DNA of 64,000 nt from an uncultured Desulfatitalea sp. (GTDB lineage: Bacteria; Desulfobacterota; Desulfobacteria; Desulfobacterales; Desulfosarcinaceae). Where the stretch lies: positions 2,752,001 through 2,816,000 of the forward strand of contig CAXXMB010000002.1 in NCBI GenBank assembly GCA_963668675.2, given 5' to 3'. A model generated the notes under the pieces. It was not told where the DNA came from. It made no database searches and saw only the letters and a program-made list of their open reading frames with translations. Below, piece after piece: positions 17,804 to 27,336 of this stretch. The stretch's first letter is position 1; each line of letters begins with the position of its first letter. Made by a program: the position numbers and the translations under genes.

Positions 17804-19435
17804 CTACGGCGGGTCGAAGCCTGGTGCCTCGCCCTGATGTGCATCGGGGAGCGCCTCCGATGGCGTCGCGCTCCGACCCTTGGGTTTTAACTGAAGCCGT
17901 AAGCCTTTCCGCTTAGCCTCCTCTTCATAGCGTCCCTTTTCAATGCGCAGGGCATCCATGGGGGTCACCACAATGGCTGCCTGATGTTGCACCGGGCAGT
18001 AGTGTTCACAGTAACCGCACCCCGCACATTTATCCTCCAGGACATGGGGAACCGGCACCTGGTTGCCCTCCTCCTTCAAAAACGCTATGGCATCGTACGG
18101 GCACACCTCGTCACACACCATGCAGCTCTTTTGAAACTCCCAAGCCAGGCATTTGCGGCGATAGATGCGGGCCGTACCTGTTTTTGCCCAGATACGATCA
18201 GACGGGCTCGTCTGCCGTATGGCATCGGTGGGGCAGACGTTTGCGCATTCATGGCATGACGGGTCGCAAAATCCCCTGCGCGGTGTGAGGGCAGGGGAGA
18301 AGATGGCCAGGAATCCGGCCTTCAACCAGATGGGTTGAAGGGTGTTGGTCGGACAGGCCACCATGCACTCACCGCAGCGAACGCAACTGGAAAGAAACGC
18401 CATCTCCGGCAGCGCGCCGGGCGGTCGCAGGAGACCGGGCGTCCTCACCTGCCCCTCTCCCTGTTTTCCATATAAAGAGGTGAGGCCGGTCAGGGAGATT
18501 ACCGCAGTGCCTGCTCCGATAAGCCCGGCGGAGACCACCTGCCGCCGCTCAAGAGAGACACCTCCGGCGGGGAGTATGCCGGTGCGTTTTCGTATGTCGA
18601 AAGAGATGGCCTTTTCGGGGCACACCTCTTCGCAGGTCCGACAGACGATGCATTCGCTATGGTGGGTGGTTTCGGGTGCCGCCGGATCGATGGCCGACAT
18701 GGGGCATCTCCGTGCGCACTTGCCGCACTGGGTGCATTGATTGGATACCCTCCGGCGCACCAACGGGGCTCTGGAGACAAGTGCAAGCAGCGCGCCGGAC
18801 GGACAGAGATATCGGCACCAGAAGCGGGGAGAGAAGATCACCATAGCGATGATCGCAGCGAAAAAGAGAAGAATGAAAAACTGCGTGGCAAAGCGGATGG
18901 TCCTGATCTGGGCAAAGGTGATGGCGTTCATATTCATCCAGTCGCCCAGGGGCCTGGCCAGATCGAGCACCTCTCTCGAGACGAACGAAACCACCGGAAA
19001 GATGACCAGGCCATAGGCCCTGGTGATCAAGGAGAGCGGGGCGGCGAAGAAGACATAGGAGACGCCCACCAGGGCGGAACCTGTCAAAAAGATGAGCATC
19101 AGGTATTTGACGCCTGTCATGCGAGTCGAAGAGAAGAGCTTCTTTTTTTTGGGGCCGAAGAGGGCGTCCGTCCCATCGAGGGTGGTGCCCATGGGACAGA
19201 TGTAACCGCAGAAGACCCTTCCGATCAGCGGCCCCGATATCAGAACCAGGAGTGCCGGAACGAAGGCGAGCAGTACAGTTCTGCCGCTGATGGCGCTGAG
19301 CAGCACCAGACTCGGATCCATCAGGAGAAAGAGATCCAGGGAGGCCATGGAGATTCCGGAGATGGAAGCCGCCGTCAACAGGAGTAGAAAGAGAGCGAGG
19401 AAGAGGAGTTGGACGGACAGCCGGAATCGGGTCAT
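17804..19435 (-). CDS. Membrane 4Fe-4S polyferredoxin (NapH/MauN plus MauM-like fusion)
   Basis: TM helices with CGYICP and CRYLCP; multiple CxxCxxCxxxCP; LRPPGA. Confidence 0.9.
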   Translation of the reverse strand: MTRFRLSVQLLFLALFLLLLTAASISGISMASLDLFLLMDPSLVLLSAISGRTVLLAFVPALLVLISGPLIGRVFCGYICPMGTTLDGTDALFGPKKKKLFSSTRMTGVKYLMLIFLTGSALVGVSYVFFAAPLSLITRAYGLVIFPVVSFVSREVLDLARPLGDWMNMNAITFAQIRTIRFATQFFILLFFAAIIAMVIFSPRFWCRYLCPSGALLALVSRAPLVRRRVSNQCTQCGKCARRCPMSAIDPAAPETTHHSECIVCRTCEEVCPEKAISFDIRKRTGILPAGGVSLERRQVVSAGLIGAGTAVISLTGLTSLYGKQGEGQVRTPGLLRPPGALPEMAFLSSCVRCGECMVACPTNTLQPIWLKAGFLAIFSPALTPRRGFCDPSCHECANVCPTDAIRQTSPSDRIWAKTGTARIYRRKCLAWEFQKSCMVCDEVCPYDAIAFLKEEGNQVPVPHVLEDKCAGCGYCEHYCPVQHQAAIVVTPMDALRIEKGRYEEEAKRKGLRLQLKPKGRSATPSEALPDAHQGEAPGFDPP

Positions 19436-20361
19436 AGCGCAACCGTTTTTATCGAAAGGTTGTCAAGGTCTGCGCGACCGAGCCCCCGCTCATGGGCCAG
19501 CCGTATATGACGCACACGGTCGGGTTTGAATCGTTTGCCGTACCACTCGAACGATGCCACCGCATAGGCATCCGCCGCGACCATATCCCTCGACGCGATG
19601 ACGGTATCTTGCTTGATCACCTTGCCCGGTCCGCCGGGCCCGCCGGTGCTGAGCACCCGCGTGGCATCAATCACCGTCAGATCGGCTTTCAGCAGGCCAG
19701 CCAGGTCCACGATGGTTTCATGGAGGTCCATGCGGTGCATGATACCACGGTCGTAGATCAACCCCATCATCCCCTTCATGGAGAGGCTGACACCCGTGGC
19801 CGAGTGGGATTTGGCAACCGGCACGGCGATGAGCACATCCGCTTTGAGCGCCTCCTTTACCACATCGGTTTTGGTGAGGTTTTTCGCTTTGGCGATGCTG
19901 ACCGGCGTGTAGAGATAGGCGTCGTTGATGGGATGCACCATGTTCTTCTCGATGGCCTCGCATGCCGGTCCGATACCGGACGTTTGAACAGCCGCCTTCC
20001 CCGAAGAGAGCGTATGGTCCAGAATACTAATTTTGGAGGCGCCGGCCTCCTTGCACATGGCCGCTATGGTCTTGACCACGTCAGGGTGGGTGTTGGAGGC
20101 CTGTCCCGGCGATCTGGCAAAACTCATATTGGGCTTGATCAATACGCGGTGGCCCGCTTTGACCACGCTCTGAATGCCGCCGATCAGATCGACCGCCGCC
20201 CTGGTGGCGGCCTCGGGTTTTCCGATGGCAACACCGATGTCGGGTGCCGCCGAGGCAATGCCGATCTTCGGCAAATAGAGTCCACTGGTGACGGCGGCCA
20301 AAAAGAGGCCGTATCTGCCCTGGAGCTTGATGAAATCCCTTCGGCTGTATTTTCTCTTCAT
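19432..20361 (-). CDS. DUF362 domain protein with Tat-like signal
   Basis: SRRDFIK; VLIKPN; AKSH...SLSMKGMMG; DMVAADA. Confidence 0.88.
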   Translation of the reverse strand: MKRKYSRRDFIKLQGRYGLFLAAVTSGLYLPKIGIASAAPDIGVAIGKPEAATRAAVDLIGGIQSVVKAGHRVLIKPNMSFARSPGQASNTHPDVVKTIAAMCKEAGASKISILDHTLSSGKAAVQTSGIGPACEAIEKNMVHPINDAYLYTPVSIAKAKNLTKTDVVKEALKADVLIAVPVAKSHSATGVSLSMKGMMGLIYDRGIMHRMDLHETIVDLAGLLKADLTVIDATRVLSTGGPGGPGKVIKQDTVIASRDMVAADAYAVASFEWYGKRFKPDRVRHIRLAHERGLGRADLDNLSIKTVAL

Positions 20362-20384
20362 GGGTTTACTCCTATTTCGTCCAC

Positions 20385-20909
20385 CTATCGTTCGCCGATG
20401 GTGGCAATTTGGTCCGAGATCTCTTTGGCGCAGGCGAGGAGCTCTCTTTTGGCCTCTTCGGTCTCTCGGGAGATGCTGGCCCGTACAAAGAACCTCCCCT
20501 GGGTGAATTCGAGCATATAGCTCCCGCCCATCTCCGCAGTCGATCTCGCCCTGGCGCCCAACTCCCGGACAGGAGCGGACGTATCGGATGCAAATTCATT
20601 AAAAATCTTTTCCGAATCGCCCCTGGAAACAGTTTCATAGATTTCAAGCATCATGTAAACCCGTTTTTTTTCATAATTGACGAAAGCGGCTCTCTGCGTC
20701 CCGAGGGCGACGTAACGCCCGGCAGCCCCGTTGATCACCATGGAGAGGGTATCCTCGTCAAATGCGATGAGCGGGGCCTCCTCAACCTGCCATCCCATTT
20801 TTACCGGTGATTTTGGGATCACCCGCTCCAGGGCGGATTGGTCGCAGGGCAGCGGTTGGACCGTAACGATGAGCAGAAGGGCCGACAGGATTACATCCAA
20901 CCATTTCAT
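20385..20909 (-). CDS. Exported hypothetical protein (DUF6599-like)
   Basis: Signal peptide; INGAAGRY...LEIYE; first gene of the DUF362 operon. Confidence 0.7.
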   Translation of the reverse strand: MKWLDVILSALLLIVTVQPLPCDQSALERVIPKSPVKMGWQVEEAPLIAFDEDTLSMVINGAAGRYVALGTQRAAFVNYEKKRVYMMLEIYETVSRGDSEKIFNEFASDTSAPVRELGARARSTAEMGGSYMLEFTQGRFFVRASISRETEEAKRELLACAKEISDQIATIGER

Positions 20910-21152
20910 GGTTTGTCTCCTTTACGCGATAACCGACCTAACCGTATCAATTTTTTTGGGATTGCATGTACCAAGGCCCAACCCTTGTGCCGTCTTTACA
21001 TGGATGGCCATGTCGGTGACAGGGGCCAGGTTATTGTCTCTTCGCATTCGGAACAGCGGTGGGCCAGGTTCGCGCTTGCAATATCAAGCCAGGTTGTTAC
21101 ATTTACTGATCTGATTCATTGTGATCAATAGCTTCGAAGGGTACGCCGCCAA

Positions 21153-21740
21153 ATGGGAAAGCCACCAAAATTAGACGCCGAAGCCTGGGTGGATCAATAC
21201 GGTGACGCGCTTTTCCGTTTTGCCGTGGCCAGGATCAAGAACAGGGATATTGCGGAAGATCTGGTTCAGGAGGCGTTTCTGGCGGCGGTTAAATCCAAGG
21301 CGCGGTTTCAGGGGAAATCTTCTGAAAAGACCTGGCTGTTCGGTATCCTGAAGCATAAAATCATCGATTATTACCGAAAGAGTAAAACGATGATCCATGT
21401 CCAGGACTACACCGATGATCCGGACAGCATGGATGCCTTCTTCAACACCAAGAGGGGATGGGACGCCCCACCGAGCCATTGGAGCAGCAATCCCGGCAAG
21501 GCATATGACACCAGAGAGTTCCTGGACCACTTCTACCACTGCCTTTCGGGGTTGCCCAATCGAACAGCCGAGGCTTTTGCCCACCGTGAGATCGACGGCT
21601 TGACCACAGGCGAGATATGCAGACGTCTCGACATCACCGAATCCAACTGCTGGGTGATCCTTTACAGGGCCAGGATGTTGTTGCGAAAGTGTCTTGAAAT
21701 GGTAGGATATCAACCGCCATCGAAAGCGGCTGCACGATGA
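21153..21740 (+). CDS. ECF sigma-70 factor
   Basis: AEDLVQEAFL, KTWLFGILKHKIID, region 4 with VILYRAR. Confidence 0.92.
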   Translation: MGKPPKLDAEAWVDQYGDALFRFAVARIKNRDIAEDLVQEAFLAAVKSKARFQGKSSEKTWLFGILKHKIIDYYRKSKTMIHVQDYTDDPDSMDAFFNTKRGWDAPPSHWSSNPGKAYDTREFLDHFYHCLSGLPNRTAEAFAHREIDGLTTGEICRRLDITESNCWVILYRARMLLRKCLEMVGYQPPSKAAAR

Positions 21741-22000
21741 ACCGCTGGATGTTTCACTGTAGGGATGTTTCAGAAAGAGTATCCCAGTCGATGGACAGAA
21801 CCCTTCCGATCCATCATCGCATGGCGATCCGCTTGCATTTGATGATGTGCCGGCACTGCGCACGTTTCAGGCGGCAACTGCTCATGCTCAGAGAGATGGC
21901 CGGACACATGGAGCGCCACCAGCTCTCTGGCGAAGTGGATGAAACGCTATCCGATGTCGCAAAGTCGCGAATCAAGGAGGCGTTGCGGTCTGTGTCGTGA
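21737..22000 (+). CDS. zf-HC2 zinc anti-sigma factor (soluble)
   Basis: HLMMCRHC (HxxxCxxC); ATGA overlap with the sigma gene. Confidence 0.88.
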   Translation: MNRWMFHCRDVSERVSQSMDRTLPIHHRMAIRLHLMMCRHCARFRRQLLMLREMAGHMERHQLSGEVDETLSDVAKSRIKEALRSVS

Positions 22001-22114
22001 TGTTATCTCCCTGATTCATCAACCAGGCCGCTGCCAGTCACTGCAACAACCATAAGCTGCATCGAATGTCAGCAGGGATAAACCAAGCGTGCAAAACAAT
22101 AGGGGGATGGGGAT

Positions 22115-23545
22115 ATGACACAACTGATGACGCGGCGTCTGGGCCGCACCGAGCGTATGGTGACCACCCTTGGATTGGGCGGGCAGGCATCCTTGCAATG
22201 GACTGCCGAAGGCATCGATCCCGTGGCCATTATCGAAAAAGCGATCCATCTTGGCGTCAACTATCTGGACACTTCAAATATATACGGTCCGAGCCAGCAA
22301 AACTACGGCCATGCCTTTCGAAAGACGGGTGTGTCTCCTTCTGCAGGCAACTATGATCCCCAGGCACGTGCAAATCTGTTTGTGGCCGGCAAGACCCACA
22401 TGCGCACCGCCCGCTGCCCGGATGGCGAACGCTTTGCCACCAATTGGAGTGATGGCATGTCCGATGGATTTGGCGTGACCACCTCCGTCGATGATGTGCG
22501 CCGCGCCTTGAGCCTGATGTTTGGGGACGGCAAGGGGGCCTACCCCGAAGATGCCTATCTGGACAGTATTCAGTTCCACAACATCAATACGATGGAAGAG
22601 ATCGAGATGCTCTTTGAAGGTTTTGACGATCCCAGCCCGACACGCCCCTGGATGGGATCTCTGGCCGCCATGCTGGACTTGCGGGAGGGCACCAACCGAA
22701 CCGGCTGCAACCCCACTAGGGAAAAACTGGTGCGGCACATCGGCATCAGCGGCCATTGGAACTCCGCGGCGCTGATGTACGCCATTCAGCGGGATGCCCA
22801 CCGCTTGATCGATACCCTGCTTGTTACCGTCAATCCCAGCGACAAAAAGTACATGGGCCACCGGCACAACGCCATTGCCGCTGCCGATGCCGCCGACATG
22901 GGCATCATAGGGATGAAGGTCTTCGCCGATGCCGCCTATTACCATAAGGCGCCCGCCTTTTCGAATGCCGTCGAAGATGTCTACCATCAAGTGGGATCGA
23001 AGGACTTGCCCAGCCGGGATCTGATCCGCTACGCCTTGTCCGTGCCGGGCGTCAGCACCCTCATCATCGGCATCGGCCACGTGGACGATGACCCTGACAA
23101 ATGCCAGCTGACCGACAACCTATCGGCCGCTCAGATCGAGGCCCCATTGAACGAAGAGGAGATGGCGGCCATAGAGGCGCGCGTCAGCGCCGCTGGCAAG
23201 GATGGGGCCAACGCCTATTTTCAGCGTCCGGCCATAGGGCTCACGCCACCGCGTAATCCGGGAGCCGAGGCAGACTCCTCAATGCCCGCTTTCGGACGCA
23301 AGGCGGTGCGGGTGAGCTGGGATAGCGCCTATGCAGGCGCCTCGGCCATCGATCACTATGTGGTCCTGCGAGACCGGCAGGAGGTGGCCCGGGTTGCCCA
23401 CCATCCCCAGATCAGCCCCAAGCGGTTCCGTTTCGACGATGTTTTGGAGGGCGACTTGGCAGCCGAAGCCCACAGCTACGTCATCCGGTCTGTCGACAAG
23501 GCGGGCAACAGTGCCGATTGTCAGGATTTGACGACCTCCCCGTGA
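22115..23545 (+). CDS. Aldo/keto reductase with C-terminal FN3-like domain
   Basis: RRLGRT...LGLGG, YLDTSNIYG, GIIGMKVF; tail VSW...YVIRSVDKAGNS. Confidence 0.85.
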   Translation: MTQLMTRRLGRTERMVTTLGLGGQASLQWTAEGIDPVAIIEKAIHLGVNYLDTSNIYGPSQQNYGHAFRKTGVSPSAGNYDPQARANLFVAGKTHMRTARCPDGERFATNWSDGMSDGFGVTTSVDDVRRALSLMFGDGKGAYPEDAYLDSIQFHNINTMEEIEMLFEGFDDPSPTRPWMGSLAAMLDLREGTNRTGCNPTREKLVRHIGISGHWNSAALMYAIQRDAHRLIDTLLVTVNPSDKKYMGHRHNAIAAADAADMGIIGMKVFADAAYYHKAPAFSNAVEDVYHQVGSKDLPSRDLIRYALSVPGVSTLIIGIGHVDDDPDKCQLTDNLSAAQIEAPLNEEEMAAIEARVSAAGKDGANAYFQRPAIGLTPPRNPGAEADSSMPAFGRKAVRVSWDSAYAGASAIDHYVVLRDRQEVARVAHHPQISPKRFRFDDVLEGDLAAEAHSYVIRSVDKAGNSADCQDLTTSP

Positions 23546-23613
23546 GACGGTTCAGTCGGTTCTATTCGGGCCATTTTTGCCGGTGCAGCCCCTGAGGTTG
23601 GCCTCCGGAGGGA

Positions 23614-23985
23614 TTACTCTATCCAACTGAGCAGCACCGTCCCGAAGATGATGCCGATGATGCCAAACAGCCGATGCGTCTGTTCGGAAACTTGATCAAA
23701 GTACCAGTCCAGTATCCGGGTGTAGAGCTCCTGCGGGTTGGTGTAGGCCAAAACCGCTTCGCCAAAGGCCACAAGACCGACCAGCCTCAACACCCATGGA
23801 TAGGTGGTGACCGAAGCGCACAGGAAGAAGAGGAGTCCAATAACCGCGGCGACGGCCGAGAGATAATTGAGGGGGTATTTCCGGGTCAGGCCTTTGAGCG
23901 TATCGACGGTGGCCGTGGTGTAGAGGATGAGACAGGAACATATCGCGATGTACCCAAAACCAAGCAGGTAGGCGATCACTTTCAT
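23614..23985 (-). CDS. Small membrane protein
   Basis: 123 aa with about 4 hydrophobic segments; GGAGG RBS. Confidence 0.75.
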   Translation of the reverse strand: MKVIAYLLGFGYIAICSCLILYTTATVDTLKGLTRKYPLNYLSAVAAVIGLLFFLCASVTTYPWVLRLVGLVAFGEAVLAYTNPQELYTRILDWYFDQVSEQTHRLFGIIGIIFGTVLLSWIE

Positions 23986-24169
23986 GGTTTCCTCCGACTG
24001 TTTTGGTGTGTGTCAATGGGACGGGTCTGCCGAGAGATTTTTTAATAGCAGACATATCAATAAAAGCAAGCCCGGGGATATAGAAAAACGGGTGATATGC
24101 AGGAAGGGGGAAGGCAGGTCACCAGACCGGGGTTGCCTCCCATAAGGTATGCCCCATCTGGCATAGCGC

Positions 24170-24334
24170 CTACTCCTGATACTCCAAGGCCCCGATATCA
24201 GGCCTTCCAACAATCCGATTGCCGTAAAAATCTGAGTTTCTGCCGGAGACGATCATTCCGTTGTTTTTTGCCGCACTTTGGGAGTGGATGCGGAAGTCGT
24301 CATACGCGGCATCCATGAAACGAGGGTTCTGGGG
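24170..24334 (-). pseudogene. 3' remnant of a choice-of-anchor Q / beta-helix exported protein
   Basis: NPRFMDAAYDDFRIHSQSAAKNNG...DFYGNRIVGRPDIGALEYQE; upstream sequence does not look coding. Confidence 0.6.
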
Positions 24335-24622
24335 AGAGGGCTCTCTGCTTCCCGTCCGGTTTCGTTGTGGTGGTCTTCCCGATCTGCCATGCGATAACTC
24401 TGGTTTGAGATGTAGTGAATCACCTGATCGGGATCGTCCTGGAAGTAGAGAAGGAAGGGTGCTCATGGCATCCTGGGAGGAGAGCATCATTTTTGTATTT
24501 GCTGAGAGAAAGAGTGCAAAATTTTCACATCGAGCCCGGGAAATGGTTCGCATCCGCTTCAGTGTCATTACTTAAAACCATAAGAAATTTTTAGTAATGC
24601 AATAAAATATTAATTTTCCCTA

Positions 24623-24650
24623 TTGACATGACGAAATTGCATTTTAATTT
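24623..24650 (+). promoter_or_regulatory. Sigma70-like promoter of the hsp20 pair
   Basis: TTGACA-N16-TAATTT preceded by an AT-rich UP-like tract. Confidence 0.5.
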
Positions 24651-24704
24651 CTTGCCAAATAGAGCCAAAACCGAATGGGCCAATATTTAAAAGGAGGTGT
24701 TACA

Positions 24705-25163
24705 ATGATTTACCGCAGAATTTACAATACCCCGTCTGTGAGCTTTCGTAACGCTTTCGAACAGCTTGACAGAATGAATCGTCAGTTTGAACAGCTTTTT
24801 GGTGAGGATCCCAGAGGCGGTCGCGGCCTGCTTGGAGCTGGCGTTTTTCCCCAAATCAATCTGACCGAAGACGCAGACAAGTTTTATGTCAGAGCTGAGC
24901 TGCCGGGCGTGAAGACCGATGACATCGAGATGCAGGCCACTTCGAAAAATCTCTCCATTTCAGGCGAACGAAAGATCGAAGCGGAAGGGGAAGGGGTGCG
25001 CTACCACCGCCGTGAACGTGAAGCTGGTAAGTTTTCCAGAATTATTGCCATGCCGACTGAGATTGATCCGGACCGCATCGAGGCAAGAATGCAAGACGGT
25101 ATTTTGACCATTCACATTCCGAAAGCGGATGCGGTCAAACCGCGCCAGATTACCATCAATTAA
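24705..25163 (+). CDS. Hsp20/alpha-crystallin small heat shock protein
   Basis: AELPGV, ISGER, GKFSR, DGILTIHIPK; AAGGAGGT RBS. Confidence 0.95.
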   Translation: MIYRRIYNTPSVSFRNAFEQLDRMNRQFEQLFGEDPRGGRGLLGAGVFPQINLTEDADKFYVRAELPGVKTDDIEMQATSKNLSISGERKIEAEGEGVRYHRREREAGKFSRIIAMPTEIDPDRIEARMQDGILTIHIPKADAVKPRQITIN

Positions 25164-25190
25164 CAGACGTGATGACCAGGAGGTGATGTC

Positions 25191-25601
25191 ATGTTTGGTA
25201 AAGACTCAAAAGAACTCAAGGTAAGAGAGAAGCAAGAGGTAAGCGCCACAGCAGAACAGACCAAGCCAGGACTGCTCTTTACGCCTTCGGTTGATATTTT
25301 CGAAAATGACAGTTCACTTGTTTTGCTCGCAGATATGCCAGGGGTGAACGCCAAAGCCCTTAACATTGATTTGCGGGACAACACTCTTACCATCGAAGGT
25401 GAGGTGGCGCCTTTCGAGGGGGCAAATGAGAAAGACATTCTAATCGAATATGAGGTGGGTAAGTACTACCGGCAGTTTTCCCTTTCAGAAGTGATTGACC
25501 AGGAGAAAATCGATGCCCAATTGAAAGATGGTGTGTTGCGACTCACCCTGCCAAAGGTGGAGAAGGCTGCACCGCGAACCATTGCCGTCCAAGCTGGTTA
25601 A
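25191..25601 (+). CDS. Hsp20/alpha-crystallin small heat shock protein
   Basis: PSVDIFE, ADMPGV, DGVLRLTLPK; AGGAGGTGA RBS. Confidence 0.95.
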   Translation: MFGKDSKELKVREKQEVSATAEQTKPGLLFTPSVDIFENDSSLVLLADMPGVNAKALNIDLRDNTLTIEGEVAPFEGANEKDILIEYEVGKYYRQFSLSEVIDQEKIDAQLKDGVLRLTLPKVEKAAPRTIAVQAG

Positions 25602-25859
25602 CCGGTTCAGGACCGGTCTCTGAAAAGGTATCTTGCTCAGGACCGGTCCGAACAGCCATAGATTTATCTGCGAACGCCGGTTGTTGGCTGCATGATATCA
25701 TAATCTATCAAAAATGGGTTGGTCTCGTAGTGAATACAGTGGTCGCTCGGGGGGCAAACCATGAAGGAAAATTACTATATGAAAGCTGAAATGAGACGCA
25801 CCCTTAATCTCGGCCAATAGATATCACGAAAAACAGGCTTGAGCTTGGTAAGGCCTGAC

Positions 25860-26660
25860 TCATCTTCCGTATAAATACTTTCCGATCCGCGTTACGCGTT
25901 CCATCTCCTCTTCGGTCAGCGGGCCCTGCTCCAGTATGTTAAGGTTCTCCCCCATCTGTTCCATGGTTTTAGCGCCCATCATGCATATATCCACGGCCGG
26001 ATGGGAGAGCACGAAACGGTAGCATTCGGCGGCGGTGAGGGGTGGGGTGCCGGGGGGCATTTTTTTGGGGTTGAGCAGTTTGCGCCAGTCGGTAGCGGTG
26101 AAACTGACGATGCCGGGACGGTTCGGGGTGTCGAGCAGTTGGGGAAAGGTTTCGGTCTCGGCACCCCGGTGGGCGGCGTTGTACCGCACGTGGAAAAGAT
26201 CGAACAGATCCTCCCCGGCCAGTTGGGCAAACAGCTTGCGGTTGTGGCTGGTCAGTCCTATCGAACGGACCAAGCCCTTCTCCTTGAGTGCCAGGGCGCC
26301 ATCGATGACGCTCTGGGAGGGGCGTTTGGGGAAGTATCCGAGCACCAGGACGTCGGCGTAGTCGAGGTGTGCGGCGTGAAGTCCTTTGGTGAAAAAGTGT
26401 TCGCTGAGCCAGCGGTTGTGGGCGTAGGTGAGCATGGCCACCACCAGTCGGTCACGCTTCCCCGCCCTGGCGATGTTGCGGATGGCGCTGCCCATGGGTC
26501 TGGAGCGGCCTCTGATAAAAGTGCCCCAGGTGAAGTAGTTGCAGCCGCGTTCGAAGGCCTGTTCGTAAGCGGCGGCCGGTGCACCGAAACTCGATGAGAT
26601 ACCCAGACGGCCGACCTCGAGGCCGGAGCGGCCGAGGATGGTTTTTAGGGTAAAGGTCAT
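25860..26660 (-). CDS. Aldo/keto reductase family protein
   Basis: LGRSGLEVGRLG, GLVRSIGLTSH, YNAAHRGAE. Confidence 0.85.
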   Translation of the reverse strand: MTFTLKTILGRSGLEVGRLGISSSFGAPAAAYEQAFERGCNYFTWGTFIRGRSRPMGSAIRNIARAGKRDRLVVAMLTYAHNRWLSEHFFTKGLHAAHLDYADVLVLGYFPKRPSQSVIDGALALKEKGLVRSIGLTSHNRKLFAQLAGEDLFDLFHVRYNAAHRGAETETFPQLLDTPNRPGIVSFTATDWRKLLNPKKMPPGTPPLTAAECYRFVLSHPAVDICMMGAKTMEQMGENLNILEQGPLTEEEMERVTRIGKYLYGR

Positions 26661-26760
26661 GGGGGCTCCGCATTTGGTTGGTTGGCTGATCAATCCATCC
26701 ATTCGAGAATACACCCAATGCGCTAAAAAGGCCAACAGACAAATCGTGGTTCCCCTGCGA

Positions 26761-26778
26761 TTGGCATGCATCATGCCG
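26761..26778 (-). promoter_or_regulatory. Possible sigma54 -24/-12 site or palindromic operator
   Basis: CGGCATGATGCATGC gives GG-N10-GC about 100 bp upstream of the AKR; the site is quasi-palindromic. Confidence 0.3.
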
Positions 26779-26886
26779 TAGTATCGGCGTACCCGTTACC
26801 ATTGGCAGTGTGTTATCAGGTTGCTTCGTATTTTTGCCAAATCGGATCCTATTCCCGCCCCCAATTGCCTTTGGTTGGCCAAGCCA

Positions 26887-26998
26887 CTAACAACCACAGC
26901 AAACGTTATTCTGGGGAAAGCCGGCGGCCAGGTGATAATCGGATTCCGGATCACGTCCGGGGTGATGAAGGTTGGCCTGCTTCATTTCCAGTTTAACA
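26887..26998 (+). repeat. Degenerate MITE/palindromic element copy
   Basis: caaccacagcaaacgttattctggggaaagccgg...ggattccggatcacgtccggggtgatgaaggttggcctgcttcatttccagtttaaca aligns with the copies at 55262 and 56334. Confidence 0.65.
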
Positions 26999-27222
26999 TT
27001 GGCACATTCAGCCTTCGCGCCGGCCGGGTCCAACGGGATGCCCGATGCGTCAAAACCCAGATCGTGAAGAAGGTGTTCGCCCAGTTTCAACATCTCCCGG
27101 CGAGCCGTCCGGGCTGCCCTTTTTGCTTTGAATGCGTCGATGGCGCCTTTAAGCCCGGCTGCCAAGGTGTGTGGGAGATACTCCTCTTTTTGGTGCAACA
27201 GTTTGATCGTGTCTCTTCTCAT
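26887..27222 (-). CDS. DUF1127-like protein with repeat-derived C-terminus
   Basis: RAARTARREMLKLGEHLLHDLG; GGAGGTGA RBS; divergent from LysR. Confidence 0.7.
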   Translation of the reverse strand: MRRDTIKLLHQKEEYLPHTLAAGLKGAIDAFKAKRAARTARREMLKLGEHLLHDLGFDASGIPLDPAGAKAECANVKLEMKQANLHHPGRDPESDYHLAAGFPQNNVCCGC

Positions 27223-27336
27223 TTGGTCACCTCCGTGTTGACTTTGAGAAAAAGATAAACCATGGTAAGACATAAGGGAAATGAATAGATTTGATATAAA
27301 ACATAAGTTATATTGATGTTGTTGCGGAGGACCTTT

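Noticed and set aside
24492..24520. CIRCE-like half site GAGTGCAAA upstream of hsp20
   Set aside because: No matching left arm at the required 9-bp spacing.
25750..25802. GGCAAACC...GAAA...GACGCA resembling a c-di-GMP-I riboswitch
   Set aside because: Spacing and pairing do not fit, and it lies between convergent genes.
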